The position numbers and the translations under genes are program-made. A stretch of 63,943 nt of DNA, filler included, from Asterionella formosa (taxonomy: Eukaryota): the NCBI GenBank assembly GCA_002256025.1. It is 18 parts of 18 records of this genome, joined end to end, with 100 filler letters (N's around TTAATTAATTAA, not from the genome) between each part and the next. Parts side by side here need not be neighbours in the genome. Positions count along the whole stretch, not along the records: positions 20,969 to 41,835 come from NKIB01003225.1; positions 41,936 to 43,218 come from NKIB01003232.1; positions 43,319 to 44,601 come from NKIB01003234.1; positions 44,702 to 45,984 come from NKIB01003235.1; positions 46,085 to 47,366 come from NKIB01003236.1; positions 47,467 to 48,748 come from NKIB01003237.1; positions 48,849 to 50,130 come from NKIB01003238.1; positions 50,231 to 51,512 come from NKIB01003239.1; 10 more parts are not named here. One strand, given 5' to 3'. Positions within the stretch are counted from its first letter, which is position 1. Each line of letters starts with the position of its first letter. Positions 37,470 to 51,028 of the stretch are shown here, piece after piece. A model generated the notes under the pieces. The model did not search any database. It was not told where the DNA came from and saw only the letters and a list, made by a program, of their open reading frames with translations.

Positions 37470-40427
37470 TCTCACTCTCAACCAAAAAGAGTCGGGGTCG
37501 CTCACCAACCCATAAGAAGCAGCCAAGCGGCCTGAAAATTGACAATGCAAAGACCTTTGGTGAACTGATCGGTGAGCTGGTCTTTGGTGTCAATAGGTTC
37601 GACATGGATATCAAGGTTGACAATCTTCATGCGAAACCAGTGATATGGGACCCGGATGTGGTTGGTGCGAGGAGATAGTTGTGCCATGCACGCAAATTTT
37701 AGACAAGCATGGTTATCCTCATAGAGGATAGATTGATCAATGACATGAAAAGGAACTGTACCCTCTGCAATATCTGTTAGCGATTTGGAAAGCAATACTT
37801 TGTTTGAATCTCGAATACAATGGGCATAAATTCTTTGAGTATTTCAAAAATTGGACTGGCTGAGGTTGCGCATCGCCTGAGATAGAGCCACATATACAGC
37901 GTCCATGGTACTCAAGGAAATCGGAGTCCGCATCTTGGATACCCAGAGGAGAGGGCTGCCTTTTTACAGCAAAATTTAGCCAGTACGGGACTTGACTGAC
38001 ATGGGATCTTGATTTTTTCAACAGGGAAAAGACCCGCAAAATCGCCATGAAAATAAGAATCAACTCTCTGTGTGTTTGTTGGTTTCAACAGAAGCCCCAT
38101 GGTTTTTGTTTTCTGCAAATAGCGAAGAATGCGTCAAACGGCGGCAATGGCGTGAAAATCACGTGGGGCATGGGAGAATCTAGCAGCTTGATGAACGGCA
38201 TAAGCAATATCTGGGCGGGTATTCGCAGACAGGTACATTAGCATGCCAATGATTGAATTGTATTGCCAGGTTTCAGTGAACAGATCCCCATCGAAATCGA
38301 TTCCTGATGGAGTAGTAGTCGATGGTATATCCACTCAGTTACAATCAGATATGCCAGTTGCTGCAAGGACTTTGTCAATTAGTCCGGTTTGAGTGAGATT
38401 ATATTCCTGCAGTCCGGTTTTTTAAATTTGAGTTCCAAGAAAGGCACCAACATCCCATTCATTTCTAAGTGCAAAAGTGTGATGCTGTTCCTTTTCATGG
38501 ACGCCGAGGCTTTGGATTTCAGCGTCAAGAACAAGTGAGTCCGCTCCAGCAAATATGGTGTCATCGACATAGCAGACACAAATAATTCCTTGTTTCATGA
38601 ACAGGCATGGATCAATTTGAGCTTGAGTGTACCCACGTTCCAAAAGTCCCTCCCAAAGTTTCTCAAAGAAGGTGCAAGGAGCTTGACGAAGTCCATACAG
38701 ACTTTTTAGGAGTCTCAACACTTTATTTGGTGCCAGACTTGAGTCCAAACATGCGAGGGTATTCCAGACATGCTTCTTCTTTGAAATCGGCTCGAGCAAA
38801 TGCGTTGGTGTAGTGGACTTGACGGGTTGAACAGCCCTCAGTGAGAACAGTCAAAAATAGCAAGCGGATGATAGAACAAAGGACAACAGGTGCTTAGGTC
38901 TTGAAGAAGTCGCTGCCCTTCTTTTGGAGATATCCTTGTGCACAAAAGCGTGCTTTGAAGCGATAAGGTGTGCTGTCCGGGAGCCGTTTCAGTTTGAATA
39001 CTACCCATGCACCATTTAATACATTGAGGGTTGCAGTTCTTGGCACGGAGTCCCGGGTATGTTGAATAATGAGTGTTGCAATCTCTATTTGCATGGCTTT
39101 AATGTACGCTTCTGAATTTTCGCCATGAATAGCCTGATGAAATGTTGGAGAGTCGGGGTCATCTTTGCGGCGTGTTTTGGCTGCATACACTCGAGGGTCA
39201 TAATGTTGTGAACACCTGTGTCAAAACAGGTAAGTAATTCTGCCGCATATGCCAGTTGTTTATGTAGAAATTGTCATGCTTGGCTTGGTCCAGCATGGTC
39301 AAGTATGCTTTGTCAATATATTTGTACAATTATACCGACCCTTATTTCTCCTCTGTCAAACTGCTGGCACTGGTGGTGAGGAGTGGGGGAACTGGCAATA
39401 GAATTAATTACAATAGAATCTGGTATGTATTTTGTGTGTGCACTGTTAATGCTGAGTGGAACAGGTGGTTTAGGAGGAGGTATTGAAGAAGATGGTCCCT
39501 CTACAATGCCAGTAACTTCTGCTGGTGTTGATGGTCCTTCAGGTGGTAAGGCTGCCATAATGGAGTGTGGAGGGAAAATCATGGTACGAATCCGCTGTTG
39601 TCGATGCAGCCCCCTCTGTTTTTGTGCTTGTTAATCCGAAGTGAGCCAGTCTTCTTGAAGATTCATTGGTGTGTCAGTGTTTGAATTGCTCGTTATGTAG
39701 GTTGCATTTCCAGACACAAATTGTGCCAGTATTCAAGAGGGTCTTCATCTTTTCCAATTGACACCACCATGGAGAAACTGTTGTCAAAACCACATGATAT
39801 TGAGTGGTAATAATCCCAGTTTGCAAATCAAGGTCCAAAGGGACTTTGCTGGAGTGAATGGATCTCCATCCAAGGAATACACCTCGTTGTGATTGTGGTT
39901 GTCATCTAGGTAATTTCTTCCCAGACTGAAGAGTTGGGTCAAGAACATGCACTGGACATCCCCAAATGTGAAGATCTCGCAGTCGATGTCTGGGAATTGT
40001 GCTTCCAGAGTAGAGAGCAGCTGGGCGAAGAGAATGATTATTTGGTGTATAATTGTAAAAGTGCAAAGTGTAAGTAAATGCCATAGGCCAAAAGGTCCTG
40101 TCAATCCCTCCTTTCCACTGACTGGAAGCATGAAGAATCATTGAGTGTGCCAAGTCAGATGCTGTTCTAATAGCCTGTTCAGCTACACCATTTTGATATT
40201 GTGCATTTGTTCCACAGTATTGAAGATGCTGAGTATGTTCTTGAATGTGTTGAACAAAACAGGTTGCCTTGAATGACCCACTGTCAGTAGGGTATTATTG
40301 TACAAAGACACCATTTTCCATTGCCGGTTGCTCATAGTTCTGATGGTTTCAATAGCAAAGAATCCCAATTGGTGCTCCACCTGAATGTATGATCCGGTAC
40401 CATGATCTACAAATATGCAGCCCCCTT
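37470..40427 (-). mobile_element. 3' half of the host copia (integrase core, RT, RNase H), degenerate and inverted
   Basis: KGGCIFVDHGTG..EHQLG, WGCPVHVLDP, FKARFCAQG, LKSLYGLRQAP, YVDDT, RPDIAYAVHQ and LTDQFTKGL; continues in frame from 27930. Confidence 0.88.
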
Positions 40428-41835
40428 CATCTGCAAATAAAAACTACCATATTTCCATGATGCATCATAGGATTGTGATCATCTAATAATAATTTTTCGT
40501 TATATCATCTAATAATTTTGATGAATGCCCTTGTAATTTAAATAGAAACCCTTTTGACTACATATATTTAATTTTTATATGTATTGTTTCTATTAGATTC
40601 CTGTATTCGAATTTCTTGGTAGGATAATGTACCAGCTGAAGTGATGTAGTTTGGCTTGTCATTTCCATCTGTCATCACTGTGATTTTTGCAACCACAAAA
40701 AATACTAGCGATGACAAGAGGAATGATTGTTTGCGATAACGAGGTCTTCAATTGTTGGTCATGTGATCATTATTTCTTTGAGTAATCATCATGTGCAGTG
40801 AACCTTTGTTCATAATCATTCAATTAAGAGTTTACAGGAGAGAAGAAATCATTCGAACTTGTAATGGTTCCGCACACAGCGCACATTGTGAATCCATTTC
40901 GTCGACCACCTGCATTGCAATCTTGCCAATCAACTTGTAAACAAACACATTCTACTTGTTCTCGTTGACATTTTTAATTCTCACATGATACTACATCTAC
41001 TATTGAGATTCAGCATAGAAGGAGATACGAAAATGTGCGTAACAGACTACTGTCCACATAGCTTTAGTTATAGAATGATTCTGAGTACAATTCCTTTTTA
41101 TGTCGCTCGTTTCTGCATTTGGCATGCTGTACTTGTATTTACTATAGAACTTGTCCGCATCTTTGATACCATCAAGAAAGCGAAAGCAAGTGGCTCTCTT
41201 CATTGTTGTTTGCTCGTAGGAAATATTTGATATCTGTATCGTCATTTGCTCGTTGGAACTGTCCATTGCCTCAAACCTGCTTAGTGTGTGCGTACACACA
41301 CTGCCGACTCATTTTCATTGTTATGTTGTTCTTGTATTCACTGTTGAACTTGTCCGCATCTTTGTTACCATCAATAGAGCGACAAGTGGCCTGGCTCTCT
41401 TCATTGTTGTTTGCTCCTGGAAAAGTCGGTGTCCGTGTCATCCTCATCAATAGCGGGACAAGTTTTATTCATCATTGCGGTTTGCCGCTGGAAAAATTGG
41501 TACCCGTGGTATCGTCATTCGCTCGTTGGAACCACTGTCCGTTGCCTCAAACCTGATGAACGTATGTGTATGTGCACTGTCGACTTGTTTACATTACAGG
41601 AGTGACTTACTTAGCTACTAAAGTGCGTGTTATAATATCATACTCTGTAGTACGATGCAGAATTTTACAGTTCCCAATCATCTTGCTCATCATGATTAAT
41701 CAGATGATAATGTGATATCACGATAGGTTTACATCGATGCATATATCATCAAAGTATGATACTTAATATTGAATAAAGTATATCACATAGCTATGATGCA
41801 TTGATCATAGAACTGTGATGATTTCTTAAAGTGTT
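40428..41835. mobile_element. Other arm of the CATCTGCA-ended element, with imperfect ~200-270-bp internal repeats (41120-41560)
   Basis: Starts CATCTGCAAATAAAAA; GAACTTGTCCGCATC and TTGCCTCAAACCTG each occur twice; 41270-41835 recurs at 58519-59070. Confidence 0.65.
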
Positions 41836-42942
41836 NNNNNNNNNNNNNNNNNNNNNNNNNNNNNNNNNNNNNNNNNNNNTTAATTAATTAANNNNNNNNN
41901 NNNNNNNNNNNNNNNNNNNNNNNNNNNNNNNNNNNTTAATCTGCAGTTTGTCAATGCATTCAGCCATTTTATTTTAGCTAATGAATACCAGTATAACTAT
42001 TCATATTGTATTGAAAAGTGCTGACCTATATGGACCATCAAACAGCCATTTAAACAACTTACAATGTAAATCTAATATATCATGCTTTTCTATTAGTATG
42101 TAGATATGATGATACATTTTTTAAATATAAATTTCTTTCTGACCTCTTTCTAGTATAGAATAGGTAATGACTAACTGATATAGTACACAATCATTTGAGA
42201 ATACAGTGATTCATGACTGATGTGTGCTAATGGTGAATCATTCCTACTCGTGCTGCATGATCATGCACCAAAAAATAAATTTGGACACATTTTTGAACTT
42301 GCTTTTGTTAGTACATATTAGCTATACCACTATAGCTATTTATGCATCTGTCACATAAAATGCATATCCATGTGAATATATGTATGAAAAGGCAACAAGC
42401 AAAACGACCAAAACATGATCATAACCTAATACTCCGAGTACAAAGCACCAGTGTGCATGTACTGTCGCCTGTGTATGCGTCAGCATGGGCGGTGCATCTC
42501 ATCGTACTGTACATACCGGTATCCGGTTCTTGCCCCTGAATCATTTTCCGATGAATTAATATGCGGTACCTGGTACCCGTAAACAATACTGAGCAGTACC
42601 TGACCTCGTACCTGGTGCACCGTACCATTATAATTCATGATCATTTATAATGCACGTACGTACAGTATAAACGGTGTTTATGTTTAGTAACACTACCTAG
42701 TACCTAGTACTCCTACCAGGTACATACGGGTACCGGTAAGCAAAAAGAGGCAATGACAGCAAGCGAAGTAATAATTATTATATTATAAAAACATTGTCAT
42801 CTAAGAATAGAAATATATGAACTAAATATTTCTAACAGCATACCGGTACTGTAGCCACACTCCTCGGATGGATAATACCTTATTGATGATGGTACTAAAA
42901 AAACGCATTTTTCACACCTCTCATTAAATAATCATTTTCATC

Positions 42943-43218
42943 ATGTCATTTTGGTCCAACGCTGTTGGTGGTGGCGCTGCTGCTGCTACTGTAGATGATG
43001 GCTGGGATGATGATATTGAATTGTCTGATGATGAAGAAGAAGAAGAAGGAGACGAAGCAGAAGAAGCAGACGGAGAAGACCTCGACGACCACGACAGCGT
43101 AGAAGCTGCAACAACATTACATACAAGTGTACCTACTATCGGTGGAGGGTTATTAATCGGGCGATTGTCTCGCTTTTTTGAATCACCCCCACCAACACCA
43201 CCAGCAGCAACGACAACT
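42943..43218 (+). CDS. N-terminus of an acidic hypothetical protein (truncated by contig end)
   Basis: MSFWSNAVGGG..DDGWDDDIELSDDEEEEE, open to the contig end, with GC content higher than the upstream DNA. Confidence 0.6.
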
Positions 43219-43318
43219 NNNNNNNNNNNNNNNNNNNNNNNNNNNNNNNNNNNNNNNNNNNNTTAATTAATTAANNNNNNNNNNNNNNNNNNNNNNNNNN
43301 NNNNNNNNNNNNNNNNNN

Positions 43319-44036
43319 CCCGTCAACCTTACTTGGTGCAACTGATTACCCAGCTTGCTAAAATGCGCACCCCAATCACTGTTGCTAAGGGCCTTCAACT
43401 TGCCAACTCAATTATTGAAGGGACCCCAACATATGACAAATTAATTGCATGGAAAGAGAAGCACAACATACAATACCGAATCCATGGAAACTGTCAACTT
43501 GGACTGGGATACTGGCAGGGATTCACAAAAAGAAAAAACACCTTGTGACAAGCAAGAAGGCAGTGAAATTTGAATCCAAGAGAGCCGATTGGTGCACCTT
43601 CCAGAATTTCGAAACCATGTACAATGACGTTTATGAAGAGATGGTGAGGGGAGGAATTGCCATGAAGCTGAATGCAAAAGTCAAGCTCAGCAAGGAAGGA
43701 GGATTAATTGTTGAACATGCACATGAAGCTTTTGGGTTAGAAACAAAATACGACCTGATATGACCAGACAAGCTCTTGTTTGTGGATGAGGTAGGATCAA
43801 ATACAACTCAAGCAAAAGATGGGAATGTTGGTGGTGAGAAACGACTGTCTGCAACTGGTCAACAACCTCAGATACGCAGTGCCACAAAGGATAGCCACTT
43901 CATAGTCTTGGGTTTCACAGCTGCCAATGGGATGCCTTTGATGTGTGCTATAATATTTGCTGCAAAAGAGCTGGAACAAGCATCTACAACGCCGATTACT
44001 GGTACAGCCGCCACAAAAAAAGGTAGTCAAATATGA
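43319..44036 (+). pseudogene. pogo/Tigger-like transposase remnant (CENP-B-type HTH + start of DDE)
   Basis: LQLANSII..YWQGF..KRADWCTFQNFETMY..FVDEVGSNT..FIVLGFTAANG, broken by a frameshift and a TGA. Confidence 0.75.
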
Positions 44037-44731
44037 TCACCCAGATTAATTATTCGGGTGGCCCAACATGACGAATTTAGTTACGTACATAATTTATGGG
44101 TATGACATCACATAAAAATATAATGCATCATACAATATATATGAACGGAGTGAACTAAAATAGTTTCGACAATTTCCATAATTATTTTAGAAACCCACAT
44201 AATTTTTGGGGCCAACTGACAATATTTTCTGGCCACACAAAGAAAAATTTGTTCAGTAATAATCTCTATAATATGGTCCTTTTCTCAACAATTCGCAACA
44301 TTCCCGTTCACAAATATTCTTCACTCTGACTACCATTAATTCAGTTTGTTTGCTCCTATTTTATCTTTACTTTGATCACATTAATACCTCAAGGTTAAAC
44401 AAATATATATTCTAGTCAAACAAATAATTATGTGTAACCAATCAACGTTTAAATTAAATTCTAGCTACAATCGCAAAATCAATCAAATTAATTGCTTCGC
44501 TATATAGTTTATATTGATACTTTCTATAGATCGCAATTCTCAGACCAATACAACAAGCAATGGATGTTCATTCTTGCAGCTGGATGCTGTAACTAATCGC
44601 ANNNNNNNNNNNNNNNNNNNNNNNNNNNNNNNNNNNNNNNNNNNNTTAATTAATTAANNNNNNNNNNNNNNNNNNNNNNNNNNNNNNNNNNNNNNNNNNN
44701 NGCGGGTTCGCATTTTGGAGATCAGAAAACA

Positions 44732-45984
44732 ATGACAATGAAGATTGTGGAACTACTTCGATCGTTGTTGCTCGTGGCCACACTTCTAGTAACCAGCACC
44801 TCTGTGCTAGCGAACGAGGCCGTGATTTCGACAGAATTTGAAGTGGGTGTCGATGGTCAACAAGAACAAGTTCTGCAGCTGGAAATCAACAAAGGCATTG
44901 GAACCCCTGCAGCTGATACCGCAGCAGATCTTGAACCAGAGGCTCGCGGTCGAGACCCAGACGAACTCGCCTCTGAAATTCCATCGCCAAAGCCGAAGCA
45001 TCATGAAGAAGAAGCCTTACTAGTTCCAGCCAGGGAAACGCCAGACGACGATGGCGACAATGGTGAGGACCTTCCATTGGTGATCCCTACGAAAGATGAC
45101 TGCCGAGATCGTGAGGAAGAGTGCAAATTCTGGTCGTCCATTGGCGAATGCGACGCGGAAAACGGGAACCCTGCGTTCATGTACCAATACTGTCCCAAGA
45201 GCTGTAACCTATGTGGGAGAGACGACATTGCTGACTTGATTCAACAAGCTTTGAACTCTGTTCAGGTGAAGGTTGTCGATGAACCTATCTGTAATGACCT
45301 GAACGAAAAATGCGCTCTTTGGGAATCTATTGGAGAGTGTGAAGCGGTTGATGGAAATCCGGCCTACATGTACATTAACTGTCCAAAGAGCTGCAATCTT
45401 TGTGGCAAGGGAGATATTGACATTTTGCTGCGTCGGGCATTGAAATTGCATAGCGACGACTTGGCCATTTCTGGGTGGGGAGAGGAACAAAATACTCTAA
45501 ACGATGACGCATTTAACGATTTGAAGAATAACATAGATCAATACATGCTGGAAGAAATCAACGTCGAGGTGAAATATAAGTCGTATAAAAAAAGATGCCG
45601 AAATCGATATAAGGAATGTTTGTTTTGGGCCTATAAAGGAGAGGTAAGTCCAGATGTATTGTTTGCAGGGATCAGTGGAGATTCTCATGCATTTCTGCAG
45701 CTCAAGAATTTTTTCTTATTATACATGTACTATTTCCGCCTTTTTGTTCAACATTTTACTAATTGGTAGTGCGAAAGCAATCCTGACTTCATGGAAATGC
45801 AATGCGCACCAAGCTGCAAGACCTGTCACAAAGTATCCTTTAATTATAAATGTCCTTTGCCTGAGAATATTCCTGAAGTCAATGCATGGCAACCTGGTGA
45901 CCTTGACAAAATGTTTGAACGGATCGTGGCTACCATTCCAAATGTAAATATCCATTCTCGACCAAGCCCTGTCGAATCCGAAGA
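44732..45984 (+). CDS. Secreted ShKT-repeat protein, probably the N-terminal part of a prolyl 4-hydroxylase (3' truncated); intron 45644-45769
   Basis: Signal peptide; three ShK motifs C-x6-C-x2-W-x3-GEC..NP..M..CxxSCxxC, the third completed by splicing. P4H is inferred from the usual architecture only. Confidence 0.85.
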
Positions 45985-46084
45985 NNNNNNNNNNNNNNNN
46001 NNNNNNNNNNNNNNNNNNNNNNNNNNNNTTAATTAATTAANNNNNNNNNNNNNNNNNNNNNNNNNNNNNNNNNNNNNNNNNNNN

Positions 46085-47366
46085 CACTATAATTGCAGGC
46101 ATGACCATTGACTACAACCATCACTGTAAACTTGAGTTTGGAACATACGCACAAGTCCACGAGGAACACGATAACAGCATGACTGCACGCACGGTTGGGG
46201 CCATTGCCCTACGCCCAACAGGAAACCACCAGGGAGGACACTTCTTTTTCAGCCTAAGCACAGGTCGGGTCCTAGCTACCTAAACCGCAGCCATTGGACT
46301 GTGCTGCCAATGCCCACTGATGTTATCGATCGCGTTCACAAAATGTCACGTCGGGATGAAAATGAAGTCACCCTATACTTTGCCACAAAACGCGGTCAGA
46401 TTGAAGATGAGATGCATGACGATGTTGACGATGACACCTTTGATCCAGCCAACAATGACAATACTGACGAAGATGATGACGACAACGCTGATGCCGCAGC
46501 ACCCGTCCACATCGTAGGAGTGAATGACAATAGCGATGTAGAAGATGGAGACGAATACGATCTCGAAGCCATGGAACCAGGCAATGAACTAAACGAAAAC
46601 ACTGCCGAACTCAACGATGAAGAAGAAGTCGACAAGGAACCCAACCCGCCTGATAATGATGAACCAAGAGATGACAACAGCGATGTAGATGGTGAAGACA
46701 AACACGATCTCGAAGCCACGGAACCAGGCAACGGAATAAACGAAAACACTGCCGAACCCAACAATGAAGAAGAGGTCGATGAGGAACCCAGTATCGAACA
46801 ACGGATTCAACAAATGGGCGCCGCATATGGCCAGAGACAACACCAATACGATCTGCGGGCTCGCAAGCCTCGCGACTATAGTCACCTACATGTCATACTA
46901 GAAGGCACCGTCATGACCCAACACAACATAAAGAAAGGGCTACAAGTATTCGGCGAAGCCGGTGTGGAGGCTGTGCTTAAGGAATTGAACCAATTACATG
47001 AACGTGGAGTACTCAAACCAACAAAAAACTTATCACATGAGCAGCGCATGGATGCACTACAATACCTCATGTTTTTGAAACAAAAACGCAATGGAACAAT
47101 TAAGGGCCGTGGCTGTGCTGATGGTCGGAAGCAACGTCAGTACACAACTAAGGAAGAAGCTAGCTCTCCAACTGTCGCAATTGAATCAGTCATGCTGTCA
47201 TGCGTACTTGATGCGCTAGAAGAGCGCGACGTAGCCACGGTTGATATTCCTGGCGCATTCATGCAAGCTGACATGGATGATCTAGTTCATATGAAGCTTG
47301 AAGGAAAAATGGCCGAACTCCTGGTGCGCATTGACCCAAAATTATATCGCGAACATATACAAATCG
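46085..47366 (+). mobile_element. Ty1/copia pol fragment (end of integrase, acidic linker, RT)
   Basis: CKLEFGTYAQVHEE..GAIALRPTGN, IKGRGCADGRKQR, SSPTV and VDIPGAFMQA; one frameshift near 46280. Confidence 0.9.
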
Positions 47367-47739
47367 NNNNNNNNNNNNNNNNNNNNNNNNNNNNNNNNNN
47401 NNNNNNNNNNTTAATTAATTAANNNNNNNNNNNNNNNNNNNNNNNNNNNNNNNNNNNNNNNNNNNNATGACAGAAACTATTCAATTGATAAGGAGGACGA
47501 TAAAATTCCGGTATCATTTGCTTGTGAATGATTTAGTAATTATATAATTAATTAGATCCAGACAATTTCATTTCTTTTGATGGCCTGTCTGTATTGATGA
47601 ACTAACAAATTAACTCTCCTACTTGTATATGCTTGCTTTTCACTTGCAGTTAGAGCATCAATAGTGGTCTGTCCTCTGCATCATCAACATCAAAATCGTT
47701 GCCACCAGAAAACTCTGCCTTTATTATTGTTTGCTTCTA

Positions 47740-48240
47740 AAGATTGAGCCAAGCGATGCGGATGCATGTCATGCTGTGTATCCATCAGATCCTCCCTCAT
47801 TTGTTACTCTTGGGAGACCATCATCATCATTTTCTCCATCAACTGCATCTTCTAAGCATATCATCATCGCCAATCAATTCTTTCCAGTCATCATTCCCAT
47901 CATTTAAAAGCAAAATATTGTGAATACAGAAGTAAGTAATAACAACATTCCTAATTTGCTTATTGTTGTTCAGCTGTATAGGATTCTTGAGGATCATGAA
48001 CCTCTTCTTAAGAATGCTAACGAAACATTCCACATTTTTCTTGCCAGTTCCAGATGATCAATTCAAATCCCTTTAGCGGAATCATCGAACTGATGCTTGT
48101 AGCGAGCTATCATCAGCTGAGGCCATTTATGATATCCTTCATCAGAAATAAAATAGAAACCCTTCTCAATCCAACAGTTCCATCTTTTTTGTAGTACTCC
48201 CAGATACTGTTACTCCAAATTTTGACTGCTGTGCACTCAA
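47740..48240 (-). pseudogene. PIF/Harbinger transposase C-terminal remnant
   Basis: VECFVSILKKRFMILKNPI..CIHNILL..DG resembles the Harbinger VExxFGxLKxRF..LHN motif. Confidence 0.7.
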
Positions 48241-49646
48241 TAAGTAGTAAAATGAGGACAGGGGAACTTTTTGAATCTATCACCTCCTCAACAACAACTT
48301 GCTTTAAAGTAAGAAAGGAATAATTCAATTTCATCGCTTCAAATTATACGTACGCTGCTGTCACTGCCTCCACCAACCCATCCACATCGTGATTAGCACG
48401 CTCCACTGAATCCAAGACCACTCTGACGTGCCCGAAAAAAATGAGATTGTTGATATTCATGTCTGTTGAGTTTGCCGGTCGCCCTGTTAAATTGATTCCC
48501 ATCCATCCAAAGTAGCTGCGTCTAGAAAGGGAGCATAATCACTTCCGAAATCAGTGCTTGCATGGTCATTTTGGATGTATACTGTCTTAGAGCCGTTGAC
48601 ATCAACCAGCTGGTACTTCTCCCAAATCACTGGAATTGCATTGTTGATGATTGTGTCTGCATAGCTCTGCTTGCTTTGTAACCTGTAAATTCGTCATTAT
48701 CATTGTCCCTGCTGGTCGTTTATCGGCTTCCTAAGCGCTGGAGTCTGCNNNNNNNNNNNNNNNNNNNNNNNNNNNNNNNNNNNNNNNNNNNNTTAATTAA
48801 TTAANNNNNNNNNNNNNNNNNNNNNNNNNNNNNNNNNNNNNNNNNNNNCGTTGCTGGATGATGGGGAAGCGTGTGCTTCTTCGGCGTTGCTTGTCCTCAT
48901 GGTGCCTGATGGTATGTTACAACGGATGGAAAGCAAGTTGAACCAGCTATGATGTGTGTTGTGGGATGTCGGTCTGCAGTTGGGCTGATGTGAAAGTCAA
49001 GGACATCATACATATATAATTTTAGACATTCAGATGTCCGGGACCACCAGTGTACATGTACTACCGGTAGCTTTACTATTACTGCCAGAATTTAGTGTGA
49101 CATACCGATACATACTTCTGTACTAAAGTATGTGCTTGCTACTCATCAACTACGGTACCTGGTACCGGGTACCTGGTACTGGTACCAGGTAGCACCATGA
49201 AAAGCATAGCTGCGGTACATCATCAACTGTATCCATTATGTACATACCAGAATAGATTGAGTGGATATATATAGCACAGGAAAGACTCAAATACCGGTAG
49301 GTCTATAGGCTATATCACCAAAGCATGTACCAGTATATGTACAAATCAACTTTTTTATAATGCCAACCCCATCATCAGGACTCCAGAATATGTTTAGGCA
49401 ACTTGTATAGCTTCTACAGGTAAATGATACAAGTGCATGGATATCCACATTGGGAGAATGTCAAAATAAACCAATACTAGCTGCAATATATGGTACTCCT
49501 CCTTGAATTCCGTTTTGAGAAACAAATGCAATCAAGTTACTAATTTGCCAAATATCAATCAAATGAAAAGATACTTTATCAAACAAAGGTGTAATCTATT
49601 AGGGATTTTATTATTATGGAATGTGAGGGACATGAAAAAGTTCTGG

Positions 49647-50130
49647 CTATTTCTTGGTGCTGTTGACAAAGTGCCGCAGGTTTGCCCGTATCGTATGTAC
49701 ACCTTCTGCTTCATCGTCATTTGTCCAGCCAAACTCAAGTCGATGAAGCTCAATGTGAAAATCATCCACTGCCTTGATGAGCAGTTCCCAGTCATCAAGG
49801 GGAATCTGTAGACCCTCAAAGCTATTGTGTGATATTTGAGTCAAAATCTCCTTCAAATTCAACATGTGAGCTTCAATAGCTCGGGGTGGTGGGTCTTCCT
49901 TATGAAGTGTGATAGGCCGATATATTTGTAATTCATCGTTTCCATTTGTTGATTGCACAACGCTCCTTGACGCAACATTCCGTCGATTTACACCAGAATT
50001 GGTGCCATTGAGGCTGTAACGACGGCCAGACATCAAGTCACTGACCACAACCGTTTCGCCTCGCCACACGCGAATAATCTTCGGCATCACAATTTGCCAG
50101 ATTGTTGTGAATGTAATCCCCATAAACAAA
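49647..50130 (-). CDS. C-terminal part of a hypothetical membrane protein (copy A)
   Basis: Open from the contig edge. The frame is intact in the second copy, with 2 aa differences and several synonymous changes. Confidence 0.7.
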
Positions 50131-51028
50131 NNNNNNNNNNNNNNNNNNNNNNNNNNNNNNNNNNNNNNNNNNNNTTAATTAATTAANNNNNNNNNNNNNN
50201 NNNNNNNNNNNNNNNNNNNNNNNNNNNNNNCGTTGCTGGATGATGGGGAAGCGTGTGCTTCTTCGGCGTTGCTTGTCCTCATGGTGCCTGATGGTATGTT
50301 ACAACGGATGGAAAGCAAGTTGAACCAGCTATGATGTGTGTTGTGGGATGTCGGTCTACAGTTGGGCTGATGTGAAAGTCTAGGACATCATACATATATA
50401 ATTTTAGACATTCAGATGTCCGGGACCACCAGTGTACATGTACTACCGGTAGCTTTACTATTACTGCCAGAATTCTGGAGGTTTATTATATACATAGTTC
50501 TCCTTGGTAGTGTGACATACCGGTACATACTTCTGTACTACAGTATGTGCTTGCTACTCATCCACTACCTGGTACTGGTAGCACCATGAATAGCATAGCT
50601 GCGGTACATCATCAACTCTATCAATTATGTACATACAAGAATAGATTGAGTGGATATATGTACCGGTAGAACAGAAGAGACTCAAATACCGGTAGGTCTA
50701 TATATCACCAAAGCATGCATATGTACATATCAATTTTTTTAGAATGCCAACCCCATCATGAGGACTCCAGAATACCCTGTAGGCAACTTGTATAGCTTCT
50801 ACAGGTAAATGATACAAGTGCATGGATATCCACATTGTGGGAGAATGTCAAAATAAACCAATACTAGCTGCAATATACTCCTCCTTGAATTCCGTTTTGA
50901 GAAACAAATGCAATCAAGTTACTAATTTGCCAAATATCAATCAAATGAAAAGAAACTGTATCAAACAAAGGTGTAATCTATTAGGGATTTTATTATTATG
51001 GAATGTGAGGAACATGAGCAAGTTCTGG

